From a virus (taxonomy: Duplodnaviria; Heunggongvirae; Uroviricota; Caudoviricetes), in IMG/VR virus record IMGVR_UViG_3300032323_003295, positions 28,490-92,489 of that record: DNA of 64,000 nt; one strand, 5' to 3'. Shown here piece by piece: positions 1 to 10,199 of the stretch. Below the pieces are notes generated by a model. It was not told where the DNA came from, did not search any database, and saw only the letters and a program-made list of their open reading frames with translations. Position numbers and translations under genes: made by a program. Every line of letters begins with the position of its first letter. Positions within the stretch are counted from its first letter, which is position 1.

Positions 1-1
1 A

Positions 2-502
2 AATTTTTATACTTTAGCTACTACAGATGATATTGGTGCAACTGGACCTACTGGTCCTCAAGGTCCCATAGGTCCTACAGGAAGTCAAGGCCCAACTGGT
101 TCACAAGGTATTCAGGGTGCAACTGGTCCTAATGGAATTCCTCCTACTATAGGAAGTTGGAACTTATCTACAGGTGCAAATACTGTTAGTTTTACAGTTG
201 ATGCTGGTCAATCATATGTTATGTGGGTAAATGGAAATATTCCAAATGGTATTGTTAATTGGAATGCAACAGTAACACTATCAAACTCAAATGTTCCTGT
301 AATAGGTACACAATATGGTTGGTATTATCTTGCAGGAAATGCTTTGGTTTTAACATCAATACCAAGTCAGATAGTTGGAACTCCAGGAACTATTATTACC
401 TCATCTCCCGCAATTTCAAACTCAAACACATTTACATTTGGTATAACCAATAATAGTGGCTCATCTCAAATAGTATATTATGGATATGTTAAAATAAGTT
501 AA
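2..502 (+). CDS. Collagen-like repeat fibre protein, C-terminal part (5' end lies outside the window)
   Basis: The frame is open from nt 2 and runs through the listed 221..502 ORF. It encodes Gly-X-Y triplets ([33 protein letters not shown]) followed by a globular C-terminus that resembles the C-terminal region of the 568..2385 protein. Confidence 0.6.
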   Translation, partial: NFYTLATTDDIGATGPTGPQGPIGPTGSQGPTGSQGIQGATGPNGIPPTIGSWNLSTGANTVSFTVDAGQSYVMWVNGNIPNGIVNWNATVTLSNSNVPVIGTQYGWYYLAGNALVLTSIPSQIVGTPGTIITSSPAISNSNTFTFGITNNSGSSQIVYYGYVKIS

Positions 503-567
503 TAAATATTTTGGATTGTTTGACTTGTAATTTTTTATATATACTTTAATAAAAATATTTATAGAAA

Positions 568-2385
568 ATGAGTTATAGTAGTGATAGTTTCTTAAAACCA
601 ATTGGTTCAGATAAAAACATTAAATTTTATGATAATACTGGTAATTTAACTTATACTATTAAACCAACATTTATAACTGATGTTATAGATGAAGTTAATT
701 TACTTAGAGTTATCTTAAAAAGTAGTAAAGAAGTTAAATTAGACTTTATCAATACAAATGAACCTATTTTAGCTAAATCTATATTACTTGAACAAATATC
801 AACATTATTACAAACAAATGATTATGTTGATAATTCACAACCTGTAGTAGGCTATACAACAGCTCCTTATAGTTATGATACTTTTTTAAGACCTATAACT
901 GACAATGATAGAAATATAAAAATATTAGGAGTTGATTTATTAGTAAAATATACTATTGATCCATTTACTATTAATAATACTAATGTATCTGGTAATTTAA
1001 TAAGAATAAATCTAAAAAGTAACAGAATAATAACTTTAGAATTTTCTACTTCAAATGAGACTAAATTGGCAATTATTAGATTGAGAGAACAAATAGATAT
1101 TTTAAATCAAAAAGTTCCTTTGTTAATTGATAAAAATGTACAAAATTATATAATAAATTATGTAGAATCTAGATTTACCAATATTATAACTGATATTATA
1201 CCATCTCAAGATAGTATATACAACTTAGGTTCAAGTGCTTCACAATGGAAAAGTTTACATGTTTCAGGACAAACAATTTATATTGGTGGTCTTCCTCTAT
1301 CAACTGATGGTGAATCATTAGTTGTAAATAGTATAAATCTAGGAACAACTGCCTCTCCTTTAATTTTATCCAGTAATCAAGATACTTTATTAATAAATAA
1401 TAGTGTTTTTATTGGTGCAACTGGTCCACAAGGTCCTACTGGTGTATCTGGTCCACAAGGTGCTACTGGTGTAGCTGGTCCACAAGGTCCTACTGGTGCT
1501 GATGGTCCACAAGGTCCTACTGGTGCTGATGGTCCACAAGGTCCTACTGGTGTAGCTGGTCCACAAGGTCCTACTGGTGTAGCTGGTTCACAAGGTGCTA
1601 CTGGTGCTGATGGTCCACAAGGTCCTACTGGTGTTGATGGTCCACAAGGTGCAACTGGTGTAGCTGGTCCACAAGGTGCAACTGGTGCTGATGGTGATAG
1701 ATACTCAACTACTTCATCAGATACTTTTACTATACCAGAAATTGGATTTGAGAGAGATTTTTTAGTTGGTACATCATTAGCATATACACCATCACAAACT
1801 ATAATAGTATCACCTAATGATAATCCAACTGACCATTTTCATGGTATTATTAATAGCTACTTTCCATTAACCGGAACAATGAGTGTTACATGTACAGAGG
1901 ATAATGGATTATCAGGTCAAACATACTCTAATTGGCAAATTAACTTATCTGGGGCAGTTGGTGTACCTGGTGATATTGGTCCAACTGGAAGTCAAGGTAT
2001 ACAAGGACCTACTGGAAGTCAAGGTATACAAGGACCTACTGGTCCAACTGGATCACAATACTACTCTTTCAGTAACATAACTTCAAGTGTTATTTCAGGA
2101 ACTTACACAGTGACAAATAATGATTTTTTAAAGACATTAGTTTATACTGGTACTGCTAGTATAAACCTACTACTAGCATCATCTTTAACATTTGTAGAAG
2201 GAACATCAATTACATTATTACAAAAGTCATCAGGACAAATAAATGTGGTTGGCTCAGGTGTAGTTATTAGTACAACAAGTGATGTTGTTGCTACTACCTA
2301 TGGTGCTAATTCATTAGCAGATATATTAGTTTACTCTGCATCTAGTCCAGAGGTTATAGTAAGTGGAAAATTAAAATTTGCATAA
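568..2385 (+). CDS. Collagen-like triple-helix repeat protein, putative tail fibre
   Basis: 605-aa ORF with two Gly-X-Y blocks: [16 protein letters not shown]... for about 32 triplets (nt ~1414-1700) and [25 protein letters not shown] (nt ~1963-2052). Collagen-like tail fibres are common in phages. Its stop overlaps the next start (TAATG). Confidence 0.8.
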   Translation: MSYSSDSFLKPIGSDKNIKFYDNTGNLTYTIKPTFITDVIDEVNLLRVILKSSKEVKLDFINTNEPILAKSILLEQISTLLQTNDYVDNSQPVVGYTTAPYSYDTFLRPITDNDRNIKILGVDLLVKYTIDPFTINNTNVSGNLIRINLKSNRIITLEFSTSNETKLAIIRLREQIDILNQKVPLLIDKNVQNYIINYVESRFTNIITDIIPSQDSIYNLGSSASQWKSLHVSGQTIYIGGLPLSTDGESLVVNSINLGTTASPLILSSNQDTLLINNSVFIGATGPQGPTGVSGPQGATGVAGPQGPTGADGPQGPTGADGPQGPTGVAGPQGPTGVAGSQGATGADGPQGPTGVDGPQGATGVAGPQGATGADGDRYSTTSSDTFTIPEIGFERDFLVGTSLAYTPSQTIIVSPNDNPTDHFHGIINSYFPLTGTMSVTCTEDNGLSGQTYSNWQINLSGAVGVPGDIGPTGSQGIQGPTGSQGIQGPTGPTGSQYYSFSNITSSVISGTYTVTNNDFLKTLVYTGTASINLLLASSLTFVEGTSITLLQKSSGQINVVGSGVVISTTSDVVATTYGANSLADILVYSASSPEVIVSGKLKFA

Positions 2386-3749
2386 TGAGAAATATTACTC
2401 CATCTACATTAGGATTTGGAATCACAACAACTTGGAATGGTACTTCATGGAACAATGGTACTCCAAATGTAAATATGATAGCAAGAATAGCTGGTACGTA
2501 TACAACAGCTACTCATGGTAGTATAAGTTGTTTAGATTTATTTTTAGATAGTGGAACAACAACAGTATCTTCTAATACTTATATTAGAGTAAATAGAAAC
2601 ATAACACAAGCTGCCTCTGGGGTAACTTTTAACATATCTAGTAATGGAGCATTAGCTTTATATGATCCTAATGTTGATACAACAAGTGTTAAAGTTACTA
2701 TATCAAGAACTTTACCTTTTAATGTAGCTAGATTAGATTATAGAGCATTGGGTGATCCAATAGGTGGTAAAACTGCTCAATCACTTTCAACAGGAACATT
2801 AGCCAATAGATTTTTTACATATAATCCTGTTTCAAATGGTCATGTTACTAATTACTTTTTCAATGCCACCACTATAGGTGTTGATGTTGCATCAAGTAGA
2901 TTTATACCTGGAACTGGAATTTTAATCAGAACACCAAATACATTCTCACTAACACCTGCACCTTGGACTATAACTACAAATAATGTTAGTGTTACTGGAA
3001 AACTTAATGCAGGTGTTATAAGAGTACCATTTCAAAAGTCAAATTTGCCTAATACTAGTACCTTTATACTTATATCAAATCCTTATTCAGCTCCAATAGA
3101 TATGAATAAATTTATGAACACTAATTCTTTTTTAACTGGAGTAATATTTGAATGGTTAAGAACAAATGCAGCTACTGGTGGGAGTTATTTTATATCAAAT
3201 AAATATTCACCAAATACAAATACAACATCAACATCAACACTTGGAGTTATTGGAGTATTTCAGGGCTTTATAGTCGAATTACCTAATACAACTACAGAAA
3301 ATTCTATAGTTTTTACACCAGATATGATGGTGGTAAGTGAACAATTTAATTTAACTGACTCATTTATAATAAATTTAAGAAATCCTGGTATTGATTTACC
3401 TGATGGAAGATTTTGTTATACTGAATTAAGAAATCCTGTTAATTTTAAAACCAACACAAATACTTTAAGTTCTAGTAGTCCACTTCTTAATAGAGTTGGA
3501 ACAAGTTCATATACATTATATGGTGATACAACTCAAAGAACATCTATTGATATTGATGTTTTTTCTACAACAACTTCTACAAATATATCACTATTATCTA
3601 CATTTGGTAGATTTACCAATGCTTCAACAACAATAACTTTACAAGATTTAACTTTAAGTACAACACAAAACTTGAAAATTAGTTCATATACATTCTCAAC
3701 AATTGCAGGTGTTACTTATAGTGGAAGATTCAAAATAAATATAAGCTAA
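2385..3749 (+). CDS. Ser/Thr-rich structural protein, putative fibre/adhesin component
   Basis: 454-aa ORF translationally coupled to the collagen-like gene. Low-complexity S/T/N-rich sequence typical of fibre proteins. No catalytic motif recognised. Confidence 0.55.
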   Translation: MRNITPSTLGFGITTTWNGTSWNNGTPNVNMIARIAGTYTTATHGSISCLDLFLDSGTTTVSSNTYIRVNRNITQAASGVTFNISSNGALALYDPNVDTTSVKVTISRTLPFNVARLDYRALGDPIGGKTAQSLSTGTLANRFFTYNPVSNGHVTNYFFNATTIGVDVASSRFIPGTGILIRTPNTFSLTPAPWTITTNNVSVTGKLNAGVIRVPFQKSNLPNTSTFILISNPYSAPIDMNKFMNTNSFLTGVIFEWLRTNAATGGSYFISNKYSPNTNTTSTSTLGVIGVFQGFIVELPNTTTENSIVFTPDMMVVSEQFNLTDSFIINLRNPGIDLPDGRFCYTELRNPVNFKTNTNTLSSSSPLLNRVGTSSYTLYGDTTQRTSIDIDVFSTTTSTNISLLSTFGRFTNASTTITLQDLTLSTTQNLKISSYTFSTIAGVTYSGRFKINIS

Positions 3750-3901
3750 TGAAAGAAAATCAATTTTTAGAAATTCAAGGATTAAATGATGATGAATTTA
3801 ATTCAATAATTAATAATCCACAAGATCTTAGTATTTTTATTACTACTTCTAATATGGAAGTATTAACTCAAGAACAATTAGATTTAATAAATAATATTTG
3901 A
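3749..3901 (+). CDS. Small hypothetical protein (50 aa), below the ORF-track threshold
   Basis: Its ATG overlaps the stop of the upstream gene (TAATG at 3747-3751) and the frame is open for 50 codons. This is the same coupling pattern as at 2385. Confidence 0.3.
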   Translation: MKENQFLEIQGLNDDEFNSIINNPQDLSIFITTSNMEVLTQEQLDLINNI

Positions 3902-3956
3902 AATACATTTACACAACCAAAGTAAAAAAGTAATCATATAATTTAATATATATATT

Positions 3957-4916
3957 ATGATAAAGAAATATTTAGAATTCATTAAAGAAAATAAAGAAGA
4001 CTTCAACTCTATAGGAGAATGGGTAGAATCTTTATATTCAGATGAATATATTAAAAATATAGTTAATAGATTCTTAGGTGAAATAACACCTGATATTAAA
4101 TTATCAAATGCTATTAACCTATTAGATAAAAGAGAACAAGCTGATATAAAGAAACAAATTGAAGATTATCAACAAAATGGTTTACAAGAGCATCCAGAAG
4201 TAAAAGTATCTGCTTCTACAGAAGTTGAAGACCTTTTAGAATCTGAAATCACAATGGCAGGTAAAGGTATATTCAATTCTTTTTTGAAAGCATTAACTGC
4301 TTTAGGACAGAAGAATGGACAACCAACATTAGATAAGTCACCTGATGAGTTTTTGTTGTTCTATCACTATCCAAAATTGATTTCTGATGATGTTAAGATA
4401 GTATTTAGTAGATTCAAATCTTTATCTAAATATGTAGAGATGATTGACTATGCAAAAAATGAAGTTGATTTATACTTTGGTATTAAATGTGATGGTAAGT
4501 TTGAGTATGGTATTTCTTATGAAGAGTCTTTACCTATTGGTCAATTCAAATTATCACAATCTGTTATTAAATGGATTGTTCAATTAGATTTAAAATCTGC
4601 TGCTTCTTTGAAAAAAGAATTAGTTAATTTATCATATCAAGATATTCTTTTATTAGGTAAAATTAAAACTGATATGAAAGATTTTACACCAGGTTATCAC
4701 GAACAAAGGTCAAAACCAACATTAGTTGATAAAGTTTTATCATTTGGTTATTATGGTATTGGTAAATGGGATAATGGTAAATTAGATGAAGGAGAATTAT
4801 TTAATATAAAGGGTAACTTTAGTAACTGGATATTAAGTAAAAAATGGTCTGATAAAGTTTTAATAAGTGTTAAAGCTCAATCATTCTGGTTAAATATACA
4901 TATAAAATTGAAATAA
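3957..4916 (+). CDS. Hypothetical protein with CTS-like N-terminus (MIKKYLEFIKENKEDF)
   Basis: 319-aa ORF. Its N-terminal motif is shared with 29135..29974(-) and others (see findings). Confidence 0.6.
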   Translation: MIKKYLEFIKENKEDFNSIGEWVESLYSDEYIKNIVNRFLGEITPDIKLSNAINLLDKREQADIKKQIEDYQQNGLQEHPEVKVSASTEVEDLLESEITMAGKGIFNSFLKALTALGQKNGQPTLDKSPDEFLLFYHYPKLISDDVKIVFSRFKSLSKYVEMIDYAKNEVDLYFGIKCDGKFEYGISYEESLPIGQFKLSQSVIKWIVQLDLKSAASLKKELVNLSYQDILLLGKIKTDMKDFTPGYHEQRSKPTLVDKVLSFGYYGIGKWDNGKLDEGELFNIKGNFSNWILSKKWSDKVLISVKAQSFWLNIHIKLK

Positions 4917-5389
4917 TGAGAAAGTTTACAGAAAGTTTATCAAATGATATATTTGAAGATGAAGATAAATTAAAGTTTTTATTAACTGAGTTTGGTGATT
5001 ATAATCTTACTTATACAATAAATTATCATTTACAAAGATGTTGGAATTTAGAAGATGAGAGTGGAGATTTATATGCTGTTAGAACATCTGATAAAAGTTT
5101 TGATGATTTATATCAAGAACATGAAGATAGAACTGCAGCAGGTAATATCAAAGATATAAAAGGTTATTATAAAGCTTATATAATAAGATTTAAAGAAACA
5201 TATGCTATATTAACTGCTGACCAACAAAGAACTGGAAGAGCATATGGAATACCTACTTCTAAGACTTATGGGTTTATGGAGGTTGCACAAGATGTTCAAC
5301 ATAAAGTAGAACAATTAGGACACACATTTGCACTTGCTATGAGAGATAGTGAGTTTGATATAATGATATTAGAAGGAAAACATAAATAA
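4916..5389 (+). CDS. Hypothetical protein
   Basis: 157-aa ORF whose start overlaps the upstream stop (ATGA). Confidence 0.5.
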   Translation: MRKFTESLSNDIFEDEDKLKFLLTEFGDYNLTYTINYHLQRCWNLEDESGDLYAVRTSDKSFDDLYQEHEDRTAAGNIKDIKGYYKAYIIRFKETYAILTADQQRTGRAYGIPTSKTYGFMEVAQDVQHKVEQLGHTFALAMRDSEFDIMILEGKHK

Positions 5390-5399
5390 AAATAAAACT

Positions 5400-5786
5400 A
5401 TGAAATACATAAAAACATTTGAAGACATCACTGATGATGAAAACTTTAATCCAGTATTAGGATTTGATGACAAAGATGATACTGAACAAGAAAAATCTAC
5501 ATTTGATTTAGATTTAGCAATCACAAGAGTAAAAGAAGAATTTTCTGATGATGAAGTTGCAACCAGATATGATGATGAGATGATGAACTGGATAGATTCT
5601 GACTGGGAAGAAGATGGTAATTATGATTCTGAATATGATTGGTATATTGACCACAATAATGGAGAAGCACAAGATGTTGTTATTGAAGAAATGATTAAGT
5701 GGTATAAAAGTACTTATGATAAAGATATGAGTGATGATGACTACTCTGATTTATTTGATGAGATAAAGTCAGAATATGGTTTATAA
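5400..5786 (+). CDS. Highly acidic small protein (candidate DNA-mimic / anti-restriction) with MKYIKTFEDI N-terminus
   Basis: 128 aa, very D/E-rich throughout (e.g. DDEMMNWIDSDWEEDGNYDSEYDWYIDHNNGEAQD). A rho-independent terminator follows at 5798-5826. Confidence 0.6.
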   Translation: MKYIKTFEDITDDENFNPVLGFDDKDDTEQEKSTFDLDLAITRVKEEFSDDEVATRYDDEMMNWIDSDWEEDGNYDSEYDWYIDHNNGEAQDVVIEEMIKWYKSTYDKDMSDDDYSDLFDEIKSEYGL

Positions 5787-5828
5787 ACAATTAAAAAGTT
5801 TTCTATATAAATAGAAAACTTTTTTTAT

Positions 5829-6275
5829 ATGAAAAAACCAAACAAAGAAGAAATATTAAATAAATGGGATTCAGTACTTAGTGGTATGGGAATGTCAGAA
5901 GATAAAAAAGAGTGGATGTCACAATATGCTGAACTACATGCCACTAATGAAATAGTTACTGCACCAGATGAGATAATAACTTCACAACCAGATTATGGTA
6001 GTTTACTACCAATTGCAATGAAAATTGCAGCACAAACAATAGCACTTGATTTAGTACCAGTTCAACCAATGAGTAGTAATTCTGTTGATGAAATGAAAAA
6101 AATCAAACAGGAAGTTAAAGCAGAAAATCGTGAAAGAAAAATTGATTCTATTGTTGAAGGTAAAGAGTTCAATGAAATGAAGGTTGAAGAACATCCTGAT
6201 TTTAATGGTGGACCTGTTGGTAAACTATTCTATATGGATATGGTATATGGTTCAACAAATTCAACTATAATATAA
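5829..6275 (+). CDS. Hypothetical protein
   Basis: 148-aa ORF directly after the terminator. Confidence 0.5.
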   Translation: MKKPNKEEILNKWDSVLSGMGMSEDKKEWMSQYAELHATNEIVTAPDEIITSQPDYGSLLPIAMKIAAQTIALDLVPVQPMSSNSVDEMKKIKQEVKAENRERKIDSIVEGKEFNEMKVEEHPDFNGGPVGKLFYMDMVYGSTNSTII

Positions 6276-6427
6276 TGTCAGTTTATAAATCACCTGGTGT
6301 TTATACAACTCATGTTGATAAAACATACATCAAAATACCTAAGAATAATTTACGTAAAATAAAAATAAGAAGAATGTTAGGCTTACCACCTAAGAATGAA
6401 CCTATATTTATTAGTTTCCATATATGA
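6275..6427 (+). CDS. Small ORF (50 aa) with tail-sheath-like N-terminal motif MSVYKSPGVYT
   Basis: TAATG coupling to the upstream gene and ATGA coupling to the downstream gene. YxSPGVY is the conserved N-terminal motif of contractile tail sheath proteins, but this ORF is only 50 aa. Confidence 0.3.
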   Translation: MSVYKSPGVYTTHVDKTYIKIPKNNLRKIKIRRMLGLPPKNEPIFISFHI

Positions 6428-6828
6428 AAAAGACTAGTATATTATTATTTTTATTAATAACAGCTTTTGTTTATTCACAAAAAAAAGTTGAATATTATAA
6501 CCATGGTTATGATGGAATGGAAAGTGTAAGTAATGTCAGAGGTTCTGATTCAATGGTAGTTTATTCTAATTATAAGTCAAGACCTCTTATAAGAAGAGAA
6601 GTTTGTGATAGTGTTTTGAGAAATTATAGAAAATTAAAGAATGGTTCTTACATAGTAAATATAAAAACCGCCAAAGTGATTGGTAGATTAGAGATAGTTA
6701 GAAAACACAATTTAGTATCAATTAAATATTTTTATGAAAGAGTTGAATATTCCAATGGTTTAATAGAAGTATATAAAAGTCCTGTGATAAAACCTAAAAA
6801 GAAAAGTAAAAAGAGAGTCATGAGGTAG
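6424..6828 (+). CDS. Secreted or lipoprotein-like protein with N-terminal signal peptide
   Basis: MKKTSILLFLLITAFVYSQ is a Bacteroidetes-type signal peptide. C-terminal basic tail KPKKKSKKRVMR. Confidence 0.55.
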   Translation: MKKTSILLFLLITAFVYSQKKVEYYNHGYDGMESVSNVRGSDSMVVYSNYKSRPLIRREVCDSVLRNYRKLKNGSYIVNIKTAKVIGRLEIVRKHNLVSIKYFYERVEYSNGLIEVYKSPVIKPKKKSKKRVMR

Positions 6829-6841
6829 TAATATATACCTT

Positions 6842-7174
6842 ATGATAAATATCTATTTAGTATGTGCAGAGATTAATGGTGAGAGATTACATAAGATAGG
6901 ATATACAAAAAGAAGTATAGAAGAAAGAATTAAAGAGTTTAGAACTGGTAATGCATCAGACTTCTACATTATAGATTCTTTTAGGTCAAAATGGGGTACA
7001 AAGATAGAAGCAAGTTTACATAGAGTATTTAAGTCTAAGAAAGTAAGAGGTGAATGGTTTAATTTAACCGATGAAGATTTATTATCATTTCAAGAAAAAT
7101 GTCAAACATTACATGATAATTTTGAACTAATAACAAACAACAATACATACTACTTAGATAAAGGTAGTTTTTAA
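6842..7174 (+). CDS. T5orf172/MUG113-like (GIY-YIG-related) domain protein
   Basis: IYLVCAEINGERLHKIGYTKRSIEERIKEF...GEWF matches the T5orf172 domain pattern (GYT...R...EWF). Confidence 0.5.
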   Translation: MINIYLVCAEINGERLHKIGYTKRSIEERIKEFRTGNASDFYIIDSFRSKWGTKIEASLHRVFKSKKVRGEWFNLTDEDLLSFQEKCQTLHDNFELITNNNTYYLDKGSF

Positions 7175-7190
7175 AAAATAAAATATAAAA

Positions 7191-7460
7191 ATGGATTTAA
7201 AAGAACACTCAATTAGACAATATATGTCTAATATAGATTTCAAAAATGATGATTGGAAAATATCAAAGATATTAGAAGATATGCGTAAATTCTTAGGTGA
7301 AGAACCATCAATTGATGTTGTCTATAAAAAAGATGTTATGATTAATGAAGTAACTGGTATGGCAAAAGAATTTGTTGATGTTGACAAAATTCAAATTGTA
7401 TTTACTGGAACTGATAATAAATTTCATAAATTAGAATTTGTTGTTGGAGAAAAAATATAA
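7191..7460 (+). CDS. Hypothetical protein
   Basis: 89-aa ORF in a co-oriented chain of small genes. Confidence 0.4.
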   Translation: MDLKEHSIRQYMSNIDFKNDDWKISKILEDMRKFLGEEPSIDVVYKKDVMINEVTGMAKEFVDVDKIQIVFTGTDNKFHKLEFVVGEKI

Positions 7461-7692
7461 TTATAAAATGAAGTTAGAAGATTACTATTTAGATCTTGAT
7501 AAAGTATCAACTCTAAAAACAGAAGATGAAAGACAAAATATACATAACTATTACAGAGATATGATGTATGCAGTTTCAGAAAAAAGACATGACCAAGCAG
7601 AATGTATTAAAAATACTTTATTTAAAGCAGGTTACTTGAAAAATGTAACACAAGAAGAAAGACAAGAAAAAATTGAAACTATTTTAGGATAA
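7438..7692 (+). CDS. Hypothetical protein
   Basis: 84-aa ORF that overlaps the previous gene by 23 nt. Confidence 0.4.
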   Translation: MLLEKKYNYKMKLEDYYLDLDKVSTLKTEDERQNIHNYYRDMMYAVSEKRHDQAECIKNTLFKAGYLKNVTQEERQEKIETILG

Positions 7693-7985
7693 TGAAATTT
7701 GATATAATTGAATACTTAGGTAAAATTGAAGATGGTGCATTAGTAATTCTAACTTTAAATTATGAAGATGAATACTATGAAGCTACTTTTTATTATAAAA
7801 ATCAATTTGTAACTTTAACAGTAGATGAGAAACTGGAAGAAATTCTAGGATGTGACATTGAAAAGTGGAAAGGTTATAATAAATTGGTTTTAGAAATAGT
7901 AGAAAGGTTAGTACCTTACAATGAAATTATAAATACTTTAGATGAAATAGATTTAGATTATTACTTTGGTGAAGCAGAAGAATAA
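7692..7985 (+). CDS. Hypothetical acidic protein
   Basis: 97-aa ORF coupled by ATGA. A terminator hairpin follows at 7986-8012. Confidence 0.45.
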   Translation: MKFDIIEYLGKIEDGALVILTLNYEDEYYEATFYYKNQFVTLTVDEKLEEILGCDIEKWKGYNKLVLEIVERLVPYNEIINTLDEIDLDYYFGEAEE

Positions 7986-8012
7986 AAGTCAACTTAGGTT
8001 GACTTTTTTTAT
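7986..8012 (+). terminator. Rho-independent terminator
   Basis: AAGTCAAC-TTAG-GTTGACTT stem followed by a T7 run. Confidence 0.6.
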
Positions 8013-8038
8013 ATAAAAAGAAAAAGTCAAACTAATAA

Positions 8039-9736
8039 ATGTTAATAAGTGAAATAGGAATTAGAGGTTATAAATCTTTTGGAAACAATGAACAAGTATT
8101 AAAATTAAATACAGAAAAAGGAGAATTAGTTCTTCTTGTAGGAAACAATGGTAATGGTAAATCTTCATTACTTGAATCCTTTGAATACTCACTTTATGGA
8201 AAAGTAAAGTCAGGTAAAGCAAAAAAATGGCATAAATTATCTTCCTTGCCAAACAGAATTAATGGTGAATTACTAAATAGAATAAAATTTGTTGCAAATG
8301 GAACAGATGTTGAAATACAAAGAGGTATAGGACCAAGTGTTCTAAACCTGATTGAAAATGGAATACCTAATGAAAGAGCAGGTAAAGCTAACATTGATGA
8401 TAAAATTGAAAAGTATATTGGATTAGATATTGAAACATTCAAATCATTTATATCTATGTCTATCAATGACTTTAAAAACTTTATATCATTAACTAATGAA
8501 GAAAAACAATTATTATTAGATAAGTTATTTAACTTAGAAGTAATCAATATATTAAATGGTATTCTTAAAGATATAAACAAAAACAATAAGATAAGATTAG
8601 CTTCTTTAGATTCAGAGATAAGAACCTTAGAAGATTCTATTGATTCTATTAAAAGGTCTATTGAGAAAGCAATTGAGAAAGAGAAAGAGAATTTACAACA
8701 AGAAATTGACACTCTTACTGATGAAATGAACTCTAAAAAAGATGAGTACAAACTTCTTAAAGAAAAAGTTGATAAGATTAAAGAAAAAGAAACAATTCTT
8801 TCTGATGAGTTGGATATTGAGAAAAGACAATTAAGTTCTACTCAAAATGATATTAGAAATGTACAAAGAGAAATTGACCTTTATGATTCAGGAAAATGTC
8901 CAACTTGTTCAACAGATTTCTTATCAGAACATTTTGTTACATTAAGAAATTCTTTAGTTGAGAAAAAGAATTCTCATGAAGGTATATTAGTTGAGATACA
9001 AAACAATATAGCTTCTATAAGAGCAAAACAGACTAAATTAAAAGAGATTGCAGATGGAACAACCAAATCATTCAATGATTTAAGTTACTTGCTTAAAAAC
9101 TATAAAACACAGATTGATAATTTGAGTAGAAAGAAAGGTTCTCAAGTAAATGAGTCAGTAAATACACAAGAGTTTCAAAATACTATAGATGACTTAGAAG
9201 AGAAAAAATCATTAAGTCATGATGGTGCTACAGTTTGTAAAGAAAAAGAATTATTTTATAAAGAACTTAATAGAGTTTTAAGTGAAGATGGTGCAAAGAA
9301 ATCAATTATTGCAGGTATTATCAAACCTATTAATCACTTTATAGCTGAGAACATTAAGAAAATGGGTTTACCATTTGAGGTTAAATTAGATGAGACATTT
9401 AGTTCAGAGATTAAAAATCTTGGATCTGTTGTAGAACATGATTCATTAAGTACAGGAGAGTCCAAGAAGGTAAACATTGCCATCTTAATTGCTTACTTAA
9501 AATTAATTAGAACTAAAAAACATATCAATATTTTGTTCTTAGATGAAGTATTTTCATCAATTGACATAGAAGGTATAGATTCTATATTATTGCTTCTTAA
9601 ATCATTTGCAAATGACTATAACATCAATATATTTGTTGTTCACCATGCTATTTTGAACCAAGAGATGTTTGATAGAATAATTAAAATAAACAAAGAAGTT
9701 TTTTCTTATATAGAAGAAGTAGAATATGAACATTAA
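8039..9736 (+). CDS. Rad50/SbcC-like recombination ATPase (T4 gp46-like)
   Basis: Walker A LLVGNNGNGKSSLL, a long central coiled coil with a CPTC zinc-hook motif, Walker B LFLDEVFSSID and H-loop VVHH. At 565 aa it is the same size class as T4 gp46. Confidence 0.8.
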   Translation: MLISEIGIRGYKSFGNNEQVLKLNTEKGELVLLVGNNGNGKSSLLESFEYSLYGKVKSGKAKKWHKLSSLPNRINGELLNRIKFVANGTDVEIQRGIGPSVLNLIENGIPNERAGKANIDDKIEKYIGLDIETFKSFISMSINDFKNFISLTNEEKQLLLDKLFNLEVINILNGILKDINKNNKIRLASLDSEIRTLEDSIDSIKRSIEKAIEKEKENLQQEIDTLTDEMNSKKDEYKLLKEKVDKIKEKETILSDELDIEKRQLSSTQNDIRNVQREIDLYDSGKCPTCSTDFLSEHFVTLRNSLVEKKNSHEGILVEIQNNIASIRAKQTKLKEIADGTTKSFNDLSYLLKNYKTQIDNLSRKKGSQVNESVNTQEFQNTIDDLEEKKSLSHDGATVCKEKELFYKELNRVLSEDGAKKSIIAGIIKPINHFIAENIKKMGLPFEVKLDETFSSEIKNLGSVVEHDSLSTGESKKVNIAILIAYLKLIRTKKHINILFLDEVFSSIDIEGIDSILLLLKSFANDYNINIFVVHHAILNQEMFDRIIKINKEVFSYIEEVEYEH

Positions 9737-9747
9737 ATAAAAGTATA

Positions 9748-9984
9748 ATGAAGTTAAACTTACCACTAAATATTATATATGATAGAACATTAAATAATTG
9801 TCCTGAATGTGGTTCAGATAATACATCTCTTGTATTTCTTATACCTGTTGGTACAACAAGTAAACCTATAAAGAAGTCAGAAGAGAAGTGTAAGGATTGT
9901 GGATTTACATCTGAATATAGATTTGAATTATTAAATAAGATAAATAGAAGATCAGAGAAAATAGATAAAATTTTAGATAAATAA
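9748..9984 (+). CDS. Zinc-ribbon small protein
   Basis: CPECGS...CKDCGF is a CxxC...CxxC pair. 78 aa. Confidence 0.5.
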   Translation: MKLNLPLNIIYDRTLNNCPECGSDNTSLVFLIPVGTTSKPIKKSEEKCKDCGFTSEYRFELLNKINRRSEKIDKILDK

Positions 9985-9992
9985 ATATAAAT

Positions 9993-10199
9993 ATGGGATT
10001 TAACAAGCGTTACTTAAACAAAGAAAAGATTATAAATGTATATAATCAGGGATTACCAAAATTAATTCAATTCATTGAGAATACAGATTGTTTAATATTT
10101 GAAGATGAATTTTCAGAAGAGATTTCAGATATGGTATTAAACTATGATTTTCCAATACTTGAAGAAAAAATAAATGAATTAATAGATGAATCTAAATAA
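9993..10199 (+). CDS. Hypothetical small acidic protein
   Basis: 68-aa ORF that overlaps the next gene start. Confidence 0.4.
   Translation: MGFNKRYLNKEKIINVYNQGLPKLIQFIENTDCLIFEDEFSEEISDMVLNYDFPILEEKINELIDESK

Noticed and set aside
8061-8751. Antisense ORFs 8061..8252 and 8194..8751 inside the Rad50-like ATPase gene
   Set aside because: Low-complexity I/L/F/S-rich translations typical of the reverse complement of AT-rich coding sequence. Fully embedded in a well-supported gene.
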